Virus record (IMG/VR): IMGVR_UViG_3300028805_000044
Direction: 5' to 3' (one strand)
DNA: 64,000 nt
Source of the DNA: a virus
Taxonomy: Duplodnaviria; Heunggongvirae; Uroviricota; Caudoviricetes
Below, piece after piece: positions 1-14,080 of the stretch. Each line of letters starts with the position of its first letter. Within the stretch, counting starts at the first letter, position 1. The notes under the pieces were generated by a model. The model saw only the letters and a program-made list of their open reading frames with translations, searched no databases and was not told where the DNA came from. A program made the position numbers and the translations under genes.

Positions 1-3000
1 TGCCTGCTGTAGCTCCTGGATCTGGAACAAGTCCACTTGCATGTGACGCGCCCGAGCCTCCCATCACTGAATAGGTGGTGTCAGTGAACTTTGGAGAAGA
101 GCCTATAGTTACACCATTCAACTGTGTCGCTTGAAGGTTTCCTGTAGAAGGATTGAACTTCAGATTGCTGTTCTTTCTTGCTCCCTCAGTTCTTGTTGTA
201 TTATCGGCAGTAGCGGAAAACAACACCTCATAGTTTGCAGATGTCTTTGTTGCAGTCTGTGCCACCTTTGAGTTACCATCGAGAACACCCATATTAAGCC
301 ACACCCAGTATGTGCCATCATACATATAATAAGTGACTCTGCTCGCATAACCACATATTACACTTGAACTGTCAGTGTATTCAGCATTATTGTACCAAAT
401 AGACTTCGCACCAGAGCCGTTTACATTTAATGTTACTTCGGATGCACTATTGGTATTGGTAAACTTAATACCCACTATTGTACCTGCCTTCAGTTCCCAT
501 CCAGCAGTATTAGAAATTGTTACAACCTTTGCCGCTGTAGAAGCAGCAGTATCACAAGTACCATAGAATGACCTACGATTATTAGTGTTTATTGGGGTTG
601 CCCAAGTGCCATCACCTTTCAAGAACTTGTCCTAATTTCCTGTAGTTGGAGCAAGTACAAGACCTGAAGTTCCATCTTCTGTAGCTGAGGCTCCAGTAAA
701 TACACTGTAAGTAGTATCTCTATCATCTATCCATTCAAGGGAACCATCATCAGCATTAGCGTGCAAATATTTACCTTTAACTGATTTAGGTACATATCCT
801 GCATTAGAATTATCAGCTGCAATCCACGTGTTGTCATTTTTAAATGCATTAGCTGGCAACAATTTCCATGAAGGTGTAATAGTGCCAGAACCTCCAGAAG
901 TAAAGGTTAGAACGTATTCTATACTTTGAGTGGCTATTGTCCCTCCACCTGTAGATAACTTTGGTACATACCCAGCTTGACTATTATTAACTGCATTCCA
1001 TGTATTAGGTGGAATTACCCATGCACCATCAGCCCTTAAATAATAACCGCTACTTCCAAGCTAATTAGCTGCAGGGCCAGGAACAAGTCCAGCAGTACCT
1101 GCAGCAGAAGCTGTTGCAGAAGTAAAGTTAGAATATCCTGAACTATTTATAGTTATTTTACCGTTAGAATCTGAGGTAACAGAAGCTCTACCTGAACCTA
1201 CAATATTATATCTAGAGTAGGAAGAACCTTCAGCAAAAATCAAATATACATTTCCGTTTGTAGATTGAGCAGAATTACCTGTACCATTAGATGCTCCTAC
1301 ATATAAAGCAGAGGTAACATTCTAATTAATAGTCTACCAAGTGTTATCACCTCTAAAGAACTTATTTTGAGCTCCTTTAGGTGCTTGTATATAACCTGCT
1401 GTTCCATCTGCATTAGCTGAAGCTGCGGTAAAGGCATTCCAAGTGTTAGTGTCCTTATAATATATAAAGTTATCTTTAATATGAACTTTTGTATATCCAG
1501 TGTCACTATCTAAAGTTGTTCCGACTTTAACACCTCCTAAAGAACTATTAGTTGCAACAGGAAGACTATAATTATTTAAACTTACCCAAGAACCATCGCC
1601 ACGTAAGAATTGCCCTCTCTAAGCTGAGGTTGGTGCTGGCATATAACCTGCAGTACCATTAGCATTTTCAGTAGCACCTTTCCAAGCAGTCCAAGTATTA
1701 GAGTCATTTTTCCAATATGGTTTTTTATTAGTAGCATCGTAAGCAAGTATTTGCCCATCTGAACCTCCTGATAGGAATGTTGTAGTTCCTGCAGCAGTCT
1801 AATAAGATATACTTCCTTGTGCTCCTCCAGATATATTAGTTGCAGATGTAGCATTTCCAGAAAGAGCTCCTACAAATGTTTTAGCTACGATTTTACTATT
1901 ATCTTTTATAGTAAGAAGATTAGACCAAGAACTTCCAGAATCACTACTCTACTAGAATGTAAATACAGCTGTATCTGCAGTAGAATCATCAGTAAGTAGA
2001 ATTCTTTGTCTGTAAGTTCCAGTACTCCACTGCAATGAACTTGAATTAGAAAAGCTTATCCATCCAGACATTGTACCTCCACTGAGAGGAAGGTATGAAG
2101 TAGAATCAAATGCTCTAGAACCTAAAGTCTTAAGAGTCCAACCGTTAGCAGTTCCATTAGAGACTATAGCTTGATTAGCAGTAGTAGAACTTCCAGTTAA
2201 ATCAGTATAAGCATGTTTATGTCCAGATAAAGATACAGCAGTATCATTAACAGTTAATGTAGTAAAATTAGCTGCACCACCAGTAGTTATATATGCATTT
2301 GCATTTCCATTTTTATCTCTAATTTCAAATCTTGGAGAGGCATCATCACCAAACTATAATACAAGTCTTAAATCATTATGAGCAGTTTCTTCTGCGAATA
2401 ACTTTATTGTATCAGAGGTACCAGCCCATTGTAAACCACCATTAGCTTTAGGATATGTTGGATTTTCGGCTCCCCATTGTCCCCAATCCTTCCATACTAT
2501 CATTGATCCAGAATTCAAAGTTCCTCCTGACAATGGTAAATAAGAGTGTGTATGATTATTGGCATTCTACCAACTAGGAGTACCATCACTTCCAGTCATC
2601 CATACTTTACCACTTACATTAGCACCAGGAGCTGTTACATATCCTTCTTGGGTAGCTGTGTTCTTTTTCCAAGTATCGACAGCAGCTATAGTTAAGTTAT
2701 TGTCACTTACAGTAAAAGTTATATTACTTCCTTTTATTATTTTCTTACTTGTAGAACCATCAGGATCATAAGTAAGTACATCGTTTGATCCATTATTAAA
2801 TACTAGATTATAAAATGTAGGAAGTGCTGTATAAGAAGGAGCTGCCCAAGTACCATCTTCTCTTAAGAACTTAGTAGACTAAGACTAAGATGATACTGCA
2901 CTAGAAAGCGTTGGTCCATCTGTTATTGTATTTGTTCCATTCCATTTAACAAGCTTACCGCTAGTACCAGAACCTGTAACATTATTAGATATAGAAGGAG

Positions 3001-4492
3001 TAATGGGAACTTCTATATAGTTTGTTCCATTTCCTATTTTTATAAGATTGGTTCCTCCTTGTATTATAAGACCATTATCAGAAGCTATAAGAGTATCATC
3101 ACTTTTCTTTGTTCCAGTTACAGATGCTTGTTTTATAGCTGTGGTATTAGAACCTTCAGACCAAGGAACTACAACACCTAATTTTTTATTCTTGTCTGTT
3201 ACAATTTGATAGAATCTATTCTGTACATATGTAGCAGCCGAAGAAGCATTTGTAGTATCTCTTGTTCCTACATTAAGACTAAGTGTAGTCCCAGAAAGAG
3301 AAATACCAGTAGTATCTGTAACTGAGTAAGTAGTATTCTTAAAAGCATTAGCTGGAAGTAATTTCCAAGTAGGAGTAATTGTTCCAGAACCAGAAGTGTA
3401 TGTAAGTACATACTCAGATGCTTGTGTAGAAATTGTGCCACTTCCATTTAGTTTTGGTACATATCCTTCTTGTAAACTATTTGCAGCTTTCCAAGTATCA
3501 GGTGCTGAATTAGTTATAACTATTTTATTCCCAGACCATGATACTGTGATACCCGTACCTTGTTTTATATATAAAGCTCCAGTACCTATTCCAGTACCAA
3601 GAGAATCTGATTCTTCATCATTAATTCTTATATTTCTCCAAGTATTACCAGAGTCTGCTCTCCAAGCAGGATTTCCTGAACCATCAGTCTTCCATACTTT
3701 ATTAACATCAGCTGAAGTTGGAGCAGCTACACTACCTGCTACATTTAAAGCATTAAGAGGTACTTCTATTTGGTTAAGATTAATCCATTCGGTAGAATCT
3801 TTACTTGTTCTAAACTAAACAAGTTGATCTGCTATATCCACTCTGAATTGTGCCCAGCTTGGATTAAGTATAGTACCGTCTGTATAGAGTGTTATAACTC
3901 CATATTGCCTATTATTTACTTGTGTAGTACCAGCAGATGTATAAGCAGCTAAAGCATCAAATGTAGAAGAAGTATTTACTCTTTTTACATAATCAAGTTG
4001 AAAAGAGCTACTTCCATATTTAAATACTGCTACATTCTAAAGAGTATATCCAGCTGCTGTGGTATTTCCTATAGAGAAATTACCTGTATCTAATACAGTA
4101 TATGTATTATTGTTTCTTACAGTGCTGAGGCTTGTTCCTAATATAATAGCCGGACTTGTTGTATTTCCAAGATAAGTATTTCCTCCACTGTAATATAAAA
4201 GATCTTTTTGTCCTGAAACTATTTTATAAGATCCAAGATCTATATTTGCATTTTTTTCTAAATAAGTTGAGTGTGTATGATTACTTAGGGACAGAGTCTT
4301 TTGGGTTCCAGCAATAGTTAGCTAAACAGCTCCGTTAGCTTCTGTCCCGTAAGCCACACTATTTAAGAAGATACCATGTGTATATAATTGTCCAGTATCA
4401 AGAATGAAGTTAAGGGAGCGGTCATTAACTTTATTCTGCTCCCATAACCTCTAAAATCTATCATATGTTTGTATCGCTGTAAACTTTCCCAT
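1..4492 (-). CDS. Long tail-fibre/adhesin-like virion protein (TAG=Gln), runs off the left edge of the window
   Basis: ATG at 4492 (MGKFTAIQTYDRF*RLW). Track ORFs 1061-1243 and 632-862 are in this frame and end at TAG. T/S/G-rich with repeated NTW..F.....AG(Y/L)(V/M)P.P....(F/Y)L(R/K)(G/A)DG.W units, and GGAQGSISY*TAAGTT fits a Gln at the TAG. The middle of the frame was only spot-checked for TAA/TGA. Confidence 0.7.
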
Positions 4493-4493
4493 G

Positions 4494-6542
4494 TTATTTT
4501 ACATATTGAACGTTACCATTATCGTCTATCTCTGTCCACATTATTCCTAATTCTGAATCTCCCCATAAGAAATCATCTCCAAAACTTAAAGGAGTATCTC
4601 CTATAGAAGATCTTGAAAGTAAGTTACTTTGGAATTTGTAGGCAAGTACATTTCTCCATGTGTCCTCAGCATTTATTCTAATAGTTCCATCTGGAAGATT
4701 TTCTCCAAGTGCATTTAGATTACTAATAGTAACATTTTCTCCTCCAACAAGTGTAAGGATTGTATTAACATTATTAGCAAGTAAAGGTGTTGCACTCTCA
4801 CTTGAAGGGCTAGCATAGAATTGTACTGCTCTATATCTATGAGTAATACTTGGTGTAATTACTGTTTCATTACTTACATTTGTAGATGTAGCAAAGCTTA
4901 TATCAGTTCCGTTAGCAAATACAAGAACTTTAGCAACACTACCAGAATATTCTAAGAAACTTGTACCGCTATTATCTTTAAATGTAAGGCTATATGGGTT
5001 AGCAAGAGTTGTTACGTCTGTAATTCCTGTAATATGACCATAAGCATCAGTAGTAATGCTACCAAACTTATTAGTAAACTAAGTACCTGTAGCATGAGAT
5101 AAAGTATACTGCTTGTTACTGACTGTAAGGCTGAGTAGATTTCCTATAGTAAGTGTAGCCTCAGCATTCGGTTTGTAACGGAATTTTACTTGTCCTTGTT
5201 TTATATTTAAATATGAAGAACTGGATATGATGTCAGCAGTGTTAGTACTTATTGATACCCTTCCATCTACAGCAGAAACTGTAACGTTAGTCCCAGAAAC
5301 TAAGTTAAGAATATTAGTTCCTATTGAAGTATCATTTACTTGTATGTCTCTCCAAGTAGTATTTGGATTAACAAATGCTAAAGTACTTCCGTCATATTTA
5401 AGTATACCATTACTTAGAGCTAGAGCATTTACTACTCTAGAGCCACTAGCATAAAGTAAACCATTTAAATTGGTTGTAGCTGTAAGTGCTCCGGATATAT
5501 TAGTCTGTATGATTGTCCAGTCATTTATAGAGAACTGAGCTCCCTTTTCTCTTACTGCGATAATCATATCACCAGCCTCCACATCCTCTCCTTGATAGGT
5601 TCCTGCACTCGTAAAACGTAAAGTCCAACCTACCTTATAGTCAAGTTCGTCTAGTGTGGTAGTATTATCAGTTACTCCAGGAACTACATCACTATTATGA
5701 GATGTAATAACACCTGTATGAGCAAGAGTGCCTATGAATACCATAGCATCTTGTGCTGCAAACAAATCTTCAGAATATTGATTTGCAGAAGTTATAGCAT
5801 CATATACGGCTTTTGGAGTAGCAGCATAATGAGAAGAAGCTGCTTTATTAACATCAGCACTATCAAATAAAAGTACATGACCATAATCTTGATCAGTAGC
5901 ACTTGCATTTACATGAGATAATGGAGCAAATATCTCTGATAACTATGTACCATTTAGATAGTAGTTATGTCCATATACATTTCCACTTCCATCAAAGTAG
6001 AAATTATTCTAGTATACAGGATTCTGAAGAGTATTGTCTGTAACGCCTACAGGATGGTATTGCCCAGTAGTTGTAGTTGCATCTCCTCGTATCTTAGATA
6101 TATCTATAGTGGTACTATTTTGAACAGCAGTAATGTGTCCACTTTTATTTATTGTAATAATTGGAATTTGTGTAGCACTTCCATAAGAACCGGCCTATTG
6201 TTCTGTTAGAAATTCTGTATGTCCTACACTTACGGCTCCATTAGAAGTTGATGCTGTTACTATTCCGTCCCCAGATACTGACTATACTACAGTTCCAGTA
6301 CCAATAGATACTCCGTCTGCATAAAGTCCAGCGAGCCCGTTAGTAATTGAGAAGGATAAACCTTCAATAGCATCATCAACTACGTTAAATAATCTAAATT
6401 TTCTACCATGTGTATATAAGAAGCCATCACCAGTAAAAGCAATAGCATAATACACAGGATTTACGGCCTAGTCTCTATTTTTTATACCATCGTAAGTCCC
6501 TTCCATCAGGGCCGAGGTTTGAGAATATATTAATTTACTCAT
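4494..6542 (-). CDS. Tail-associated structural protein (TAG=Gln), ~682 aa
   Basis: ATG 6542 overlaps the upstream TGA. Includes track ORF 5079-5765 in frame and ends at TAA 4494. N-terminus (FTGDGFLYTHG) resembles that of the downstream fibre gene (LDTGQLYTHG). Confidence 0.65.
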
Positions 6543-7591
6543 AATTCAGTCCAACCTATTGATACACGACTTCCCTATAACACAAAATCGTCTGTAAAAT
6601 CTATTCTATCTGTAACTTCAATAACAGTTTTATTTGCATTTATTCCTCCTACTTTAAAGCGGTTAGCTTGAACATAGTTATAAACTAAGTAAGGGGAAGC
6701 AGCTTCTGCAGTTATATTAGCGGCATTGCCATCCTAGTTATCACTAGAAGGAGAAGGTTCTCCATTTATAGTGTCTACTAGTTTAACATGACCATACAAA
6801 TTCTTCGAAGCGCCACCATACTCAGGTTTATCAGATAAGTGAATCTTAGGAGTAGCAGTACCAGCAACTTCACCCTGAAATTTACCTATAATTGTACCAT
6901 TCTATACGACAAGATCCCCATTCTTTATAACTACACTCTAGTCTTTAGTTCCTTCTACCTATATATTAGGAACTTTTAGTACTTGAGAATAGTTATTAAA
7001 GCTGATTCCACGTCCTTTTCTGGTAATATTAGTATTACTTGTACTTACTTCACTTTCGGCTAATAATAACTGTCTATCAGCATTAGTTTCATCCGCACCT
7101 CTCTACTCTACATAATCTCTAATAGTTAGAGATATATTTTCAGCACTTGTAGCATGACCATACTTATTAAAAGTAATTTTTGGAACAGTAAGAATATTTA
7201 CTCCAGTCTAACTATTTAGAGGGCCATATGTACCTAATGTTATGCCTGATTCTTTATGATAAAGCTTGTTTTCTTTCCATTCTAATTCATCGTCAGTGTC
7301 AATCTTGGTTAAAGCACTACTAGAAATCACAATAGCATTATCTTGTGCCTTTATTTGGATACTAGCAGAACCTGGAACCATTGTAAAAGATGATTCAGAT
7401 AAAGAGACAATTACTGTGTTATTCATTTCTTCTACTCTAAGACTTTCATGTCCAGCCTAGAAGAAATGTCCATTAAACCATATTTCATTACTGTCCTCTA
7501 TAAAGCATACAGGACTTAATTCCTCTGGAATAGAGTCGACCAATGCATCAAAGGTTCTTCTCTTCGTGAAATATAAAAATTTACTAGTCAT
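6539..7591 (-). CDS. Putative tail/structural protein (TAG=Gln), 350 aa
   Basis: ATG 7591 (MTSKFLYFTKRR). Includes track ORF 7208-7426 in frame and ends at TGA 6539, overlapping the next ATG. Confidence 0.65.
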
Positions 7592-7925
7592 ATACTTCAG
7601 TAGTAAGTAATGAATCTAATCTTAAAGCAGCTTCTTGGAGAGTATTATTTGCTTTTATATAGTGTCCGTCTTGTCCAACCTTTAAATCTGAGGCATCAAG
7701 TACAGGACTGTCCGTAATTGGATAACCATTAACGGATAGATTGTCTATTGAACGTATAAAGTCCGATATGACTTTTGTTATACTGCCACTATCAAGAAAT
7801 ACTACCCAATCTTTTTCTGCTTCATCATATCTTAATAATAACTCTTCATCTTTAAACCATATATGATAAAGAGTTGGTGGAGGATCTGTTCCTCTCCAAA
7901 TACTGACTTGCTTATTCTTTATCAT
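7581..7925 (-). CDS. Hypothetical virion-region protein
   Basis: Track ORF 7584-7925; its TAG is followed immediately by TAA at 7581. Confidence 0.65.
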
Positions 7926-8853
7926 GTATTCTTACAATTGTATCTCCTAAATTCGGATTAACACTTCTATAAACGTAGTATCTTATAGACTATATATAAA
8001 TAACTGCTTCTTGAATAAAACCTCCGATTATTCCATTAACTGAAAAATCAGACTAATTCTTAGTTATTACATATATGTATTCTCCTTCTCCTGCATCTAC
8101 TCTTACTTTATCTTGTGTAGTGTAATTGTCATCTTCCCAATTAGGACTCTTTCCATAGAAAGTTGGAAAACTAATTTCAAAACTGACATTTCTAGCTAGC
8201 CAGACTCCATTATAATAGTAAGAAAGTCTTACAGAGAAAGATTCTGTAACATTTTCGAATATATAGGTCCTTACTTCTGGATCTATAACTATTCTATTTA
8301 TGGTTTGCGCTTCTACAGGCTGATCATATTCCCATGTAACTAAGACATCAACAGGAAGTTGATTGCTTGTAGCATATCTAGGTATAACTTCGAGAGATAT
8401 AATATTGCTTGCTAAAGATTCAATCTTATTTTCAATATACTAAGTCCAATATTTTAGTTCTAGATTTACTTTATCAAGTATTCCCTATTCATCTCCCCTT
8501 AGAGTATCTGTGATGAATTTATACAAATCTTTTTGATTTGCCAAATTACCTTCTATTTTTCCCCAAAGTAAAGAACCATCACTTCCAATTCCAAGATTCT
8601 ATCTAATTATAGCTCTTTGATAATCGTCAGTAAGTTCAGAGAATAAGTTTTTAATAGAAAAGTATTCGTCAGAACATCCAACAGTAACTGGACATTCCTC
8701 TTTTATACATCCTTCTTTCTCCTCTGCATTTTCAGGAAGAGTTACTTCCACAGGAGTTATAATTATATCCCTAACAGGCTCTTGTTCAATCTGGATAGTA
8801 TTTAAATTAATAGAAGGAATATTATTATCCTCGTTTATGTTGATAAAGTTCAT
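7912..8853 (-). CDS. Hypothetical structural protein (TAG=Gln), 313 aa
   Basis: Track ORF 8599-8853 reads through TAG (IIR*NLGIG, compare VRQNLGIV in the upstream gene) to TAA at 7912. Confidence 0.65.
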
Positions 8854-9797
8854 ACTATAACTACCTGATAAGTATAAGTAATTGGGTCTAAGAATGATAC
8901 TATAGTAGCCTCATTAACCTTATGTATTGTCTTAGATATAGCTGTAGATAGGACTGTATCTCCGGTTTCAAACTCTTTATGATATATGGAACCAGTTAGA
9001 TAACAAACAGGTTCATTGAATCTATTGTTTACTGTATTCCATTTAATAATACAGTCGTGAGCTCCTTTAGCAAATATATTATTCTAACATTCAGGTTCAA
9101 GAATATTATAATAGGTATCTCCTATAAATATATTATTCTCACAATCTTTTCCGAGTACGTTGAATTTAGTATTCTCAAATTCTGAAGAATCAGTTACTTG
9201 TCCACTTTCTATGTTAGAGAATGTATATAAAGCTAAATCAGAAGGAACATTTATTCCAGCTTCAGCTAACTAAGTACGTGTCCAATTATATCTTATATTT
9301 TTAAAGTCATAGAAACCAATGTTTCCATTGTCATCTGCTAAAAATGTTATCTTTCCTTTTGTTGTTACTCCATCTGGAAGTACTTCACGGGTTGGATCGT
9401 ATTCAACTTCCCAAGTTTTTCCAGATATAGTTACTCTTCTATCTATTTCTCCTTTAGAAAGGGCTCTAACATATAACCCCCAAACTTGAGATGCATTAAT
9501 ATTTAGTCCCCAAGTTATTCTTTGTCCAACATTGTTTGTAGTGTTAGAAGAATATATAGTTTGAAAGTCTGTTATTAAATAAGAAGCACCCGTTATAAGT
9601 TGTTTAGTATTATACTTCTCCCAAAACTATGCATAGTTTAGAGAAATAGGTGCATCTTGTCCTCCCTCTCCAGTATAATCTACAATTCCTAGATTTTGTC
9701 GAACCTAAGCCTACTCAAGAGCAGTGAGACCTCCTAAAAGATCTTTCTTTTTAAAGTAATTACTAAGATCACTTATACAAGCATATCTATCTCTCAT
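8850..9797 (-). CDS. Hypothetical structural protein (TAG=Gln), 315 aa, absent from the ORF track
   Basis: MRDRYACISDLSNYFKKKDLLGGL... is open apart from TAG codons, and ends at TGA 8850 in an ATGA overlap with the next gene. Confidence 0.65.
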
Positions 9798-9959
9798 AGA
9801 CTTATAACTTTTTCGTACAATGAATTAACTTTTTCTATCTTACTTGCATTCTAAATAAAGGAAATACTTTGTAAGATTTTGCAATAATTTACATCTGTAT
9901 ATCCTCTATCTAGTTTGTCAAGTAATTTTTCAACGTCAGTTATGACTTTACTCTTTAAA

Positions 9960-10721
9960 TTAAGAATGGCATCCACAACCTTTATATTGAGTTGAATTTA
10001 CATTATCAAGATCTCTGCAGATTCCCCAACAAGTTTCTACTCTTTCTAAAATCTTCTATGCTCTATAGAATTGTTGCTGTTCTATACAATATTTAATTGC
10101 ATTAAGAGCCATCCATATTATGTCACGATTAAGAATCTCTCCAGCAAATCCTTTTGCCTTATCAGTAAAACAAGGATCTGTACAAGGCATATTCTCTAAG
10201 AGATACATGCATAACTTGAAGAAACATTCTTCTAAATGACATAATTCAAATGTATGTAGAGAAGTCTTTATGAGAGTAGTATTTTCTTGATTAATTTCTA
10301 ATATCTCTTCCAGAGGTACTTCATCAATAACTCCAAGGTGATATTTATAGAACTTGTCTTCAGAACCTATGAAATAGACTCCATTTGTATATTCATCAAG
10401 AGAAGCTTCATCCATATCTCTTATATAAAAGAGCCATTCCTAAGTTGGAATAAGAATATGTTCTACTCTCTTAAGTCCATCCTTTTCAAGAGTTATTTCA
10501 TCTATATCTATATCTGTGTGTGGAACTAGACTATATGATTCAAGAGCTTCTTCTTCATCAGAACCTATTGCTATTACTACATTAAGAGTAGCAGTATGTT
10601 CAAAAGTATAGTTTCTAAAACTAACCTGAGGAGAATCTAGATAGAAATCGGAATCTCTTTCAAGTCCACTTACTTGTATTCCACAAGTCCCTTTTTTACA
10701 TATATTAAATTTAGCTTCCAT
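9960..10721 (-). CDS. Conserved crAss-like hypothetical protein (TAG=Gln)
   Basis: Joins track ORFs 10440-10730 and 10056-10415 in frame; Cys-rich C-terminus KGCGCHS ends at TAA 9960. Confidence 0.65.
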
Positions 10722-11592
10722 TACTATCAAGTTTTATTTGACCAGATCCAGTTGTTGCTACTCCATTCTGTACTAGATAAGAACCGCTTTGTCCAAGAGC
10801 CTTACCTGATATAGAACAAGTAACATTTACTAAGCTTACAGTAGTTCCCTCTGGTAAGTTAGCGCTTGAAACAAGATCAACATCAAATGATTCTATGTGA
10901 TTATTTTCACCAAGTGTAACTCCTGATTTATCTATAGTACTAGCAGTGAATTCATAAGTTCCTGCAGAAGTGCTTATACTTCCAGTTACAACTACAGAAC
11001 CTATGGTTCCTCCAAGAAGTTGTATAGTACCCTGTTTATCACTTATAGTTATCGTAACTCTAGTAGTTACTTGACCATTAGCTGCCACAGTAGGTTCTCC
11101 AGGTCTTATAGTAGCATAGAAGTTTGGAAGAGAAACGTTTGTAGTATTGATCTCTATAGGATTTCCATATGTATATGGAGAAACTCCCATACCAGTAGAA
11201 AGTGCATACGTAACTGGAGTCTGTCCTGGAGCTATAAGTTTGATATAATGAGTAGGCCAGCTACCAGCAGCTTCAAGAGCGGTAACTCTGTCAGATACTG
11301 CTTGTATTCTATTAGAAAGAGTTGTTGTATCTTGACTTTGTCCAGAAGAACTGCCTCCTCCGCCTCCAAGACCTATTTCTCCATTATCTATTCTTCTCTA
11401 TATCTCCGTTGATACTGCTGTATTTATAGCGTTATAAAGACGTAGAAGCATTTCTCCTAAATCCACTCTACCATTCTTGGTATCAGGATCATTAGGCATA
11501 AGAGCAGGAATCCAATACTTACCAGCTACTATAGCTTCCTATAAAGTACCAGGAGTCTTTGTGGGCATCTCTGATATTTTCTTATTATCCAT
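10711..11592 (-). CDS. Putative structural protein downstream of portal (TAG=Gln)
   Basis: ATG 11592 overlaps the portal TAA (TAATG). MDNKKISEMPT... joins track ORF 10711-11190 in frame. Confidence 0.65.
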
Positions 11593-13781
11593 TATGATTT
11601 ACGTATTGTGTCATTATAAGGATTTCCATCCGATAGCTGCATAATTTCAAGTCTAGTTCTCTCGTCTTCAATACGATTCTTCTCAGTTTGATAATTATCA
11701 GTAGCCTCAGCTTGGAACTTCTTAACTTCATAGTCCTTATTAATCTTATCTTGTTCAATTTGTAGTTTACGCTCATTAAGTTGTTGAACTTGTCCTTGAG
11801 CTTTCTATAATTGTGATTGTAAGTCTTGTAGTTGTTTTTGTAACTCTTCGTTTTGTTGAGTAAGTTGTGCTACTTGACTATTTTCTTTCTTCTATTTAGC
11901 AAGTGCTTTACGTAATCTCTACTTTATTCCCGTAAGATCACGTGTAGTCATAATATCTACAGTAACTTCCGGATCAAGTAGTTGAGCTTTTACAAACTCA
12001 GGAACTAGAGCACGTAATTGTTCAGAATCTTTTATAATATCAGTAGATGTGGTTATATGAATATCATAATCAGACGTTGTAAAATGTTCTGGAAGTGCAG
12101 TAAATACTTTCTAAAGTCTGTCTCCAAGAATTATAACTCCTGTAAGTCCTTTCTTAAAGACTACTTTAGCTACATTTAGAATATCAAGCATCATTTCTTC
12201 TGTAAGAACATCCATCTACTAATAGTATTGTTTAGTAATAGTAAATGAATTATTTACAGAAGTCTATACGTTAGTAACAGCATCTCTTTGTTGTATACCA
12301 TTTAATCTTTCACGGAATACTCCAGTAATTGATGAGGCTGTTTGTTCTACAGAATCAATTGCTAACTATATTGCTTGTATAGCCTATGCTTTTATAGTAT
12401 CATCATATCCATTATATATGGTATTCATAGGAGTCTAAGATCCTAGATTACCTCCTTCTTGTTGCGTATCTATAAGAGCAAGTCCAGCTTTTTTGTATGC
12501 TATAAATTTCTATAGTCTTTCTGGTAAGTCTTTACCTAAGAATTTAGGAAGTACTGATAAATCTATCCAATCTCCTACGTTACCAGAAGAAGCAATAAGG
12601 TTATCTCTATAGAAATGTAGAAGGTCATATTTATCTTGTAAAGAAGCACAAGCAAGAACAAGAGAATATGGTTCTGTACCTCTATTATTAAAATATATAC
12701 CATTTATAGAGAGTGTACAGTGAGAAGGATTATCATGAGTTCTTACTACAGTATCATCCTTTCCTATTATTATATAGATATTCTCACCTATACGTACAGT
12801 TTTATATCTCTACATCACAAAGTTCTTGTCTGCTTCAAGCCATTCCACTTCATAAACTGGAATAAGTTCAAAGTGATGTGAATGAAATGTATCAACTGGA
12901 TATCCAGGAATTATTTCCTTTCCAGCTCTTATACCATCAGTAGAAGGACGTCCATCACAATAAGCGAATGAACGTACATAATAAGAGTCAGAGTCAAAAG
13001 TATCTCTCCAAGCTTCTCTAAGAGTAGCAATATCTTCCTTACTAAGTTGTTCTCCATATTGATTAAGAACCTGTTGTCTAGTAAGCCATTTACGAACAAC
13101 TGCTCTATGAGAATCTTTTACATAAGGACTTTCTGGATTTGGATCAATGAATGTATTTAAAGGGTTAAGTACCTCCACACATACATTTTGTCCAGATGGA
13201 GTTTGTTTTGCTCTATAGAATGTCCATCCAGTTATAAGTAAATCGAGAAGAAGCATTTTATGTTTTGTAATAATATCTGCTTCACGACTCTACATTATAA
13301 ACTATATAACATTCTATGCTGCTACTTCATATTCAGATACAAAATTAGCATCTAAGTCATCAATAAGATCTTGCATATCCTTCTCTATGCTCTTATCAAT
13401 GATTTGTTGATTTCCCTATAAAGAGGATAATATCTTATTCTTATATCTTCTCTTTAGAAAATCATACACTTCTGCTTTTATTTTAAGTTCTTTTTCTCTT
13501 GTTATACGCGTAATAGTTCTAGAATCCTTGCAAGTAGCTCTTGGTTGTATTGGAACTCCTAAGTATTCTCCAACTAAAGCATCAACATGTTTACGAATAA
13601 GAGGAATAAACTCAACAGAAGTTGGATTTCCTATACCATAGTTTTCTTCTAGATAGCGGAACTGTTCAGCATCTCTCTTACCATTATAGTAGTTATATGC
13701 TTTTTGTAGTTCCCACTTTGGTTTGACCAGTTCTGCTATGGTTTTATTTGTAATTTCAATAAACTCTTTATCTGTTTTCAT
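11592..13781 (-). CDS. Portal protein, crAss-like (TAG=Gln), 729 aa
   Basis: AYNYYNGKRD...ENYGIGNPTSVEFIPLIRKHVDALVGEYL N-terminus, position downstream of terminase, coiled-coil C-terminus. Track fragments 13416-13781 and 12810-13256 are in frame. Confidence 0.8.
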
Positions 13782-14080
13782 TTCTTACATGCACAGCTAG
13801 TATCAAAACACTAATCATCGGGTGGGACCCTATAACCAGTGTAATAGTGAACGTCATTTAAATGTCTATCTCTTAATTCTTGAACAAAGAACTTTAAGAA
13901 CTTGTCTAGAGGAAGTTCAGCCATAATAACTATAGGACGTTCACAGTTTTGAATTCCGAGACGTACTCTATAACCTACGGGTTTGAGTTCTTCTACATCA
14001 AGAGTTCCTGTATAATCCACACAATAAGTATTACGAATACTTTCGAGGATCACTTGTTCGGTTTCTGTTAACTATTTCAT
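13778..14080 (-). CDS. Small conserved protein between terminase and portal (TAG=Gln)
   Basis: MK*LTETEQVILESIRN...; read-through of TAG 13811 ends at TGA 13778 in an ATGA overlap with the portal start. Confidence 0.65.

Noticed and set aside
1-4492. Diversity-generating retroelement target in the tail fibre
   Set aside because: No reverse transcriptase or adenine-variable template/variable repeat pair is visible in this window; the repeats are at the protein level.
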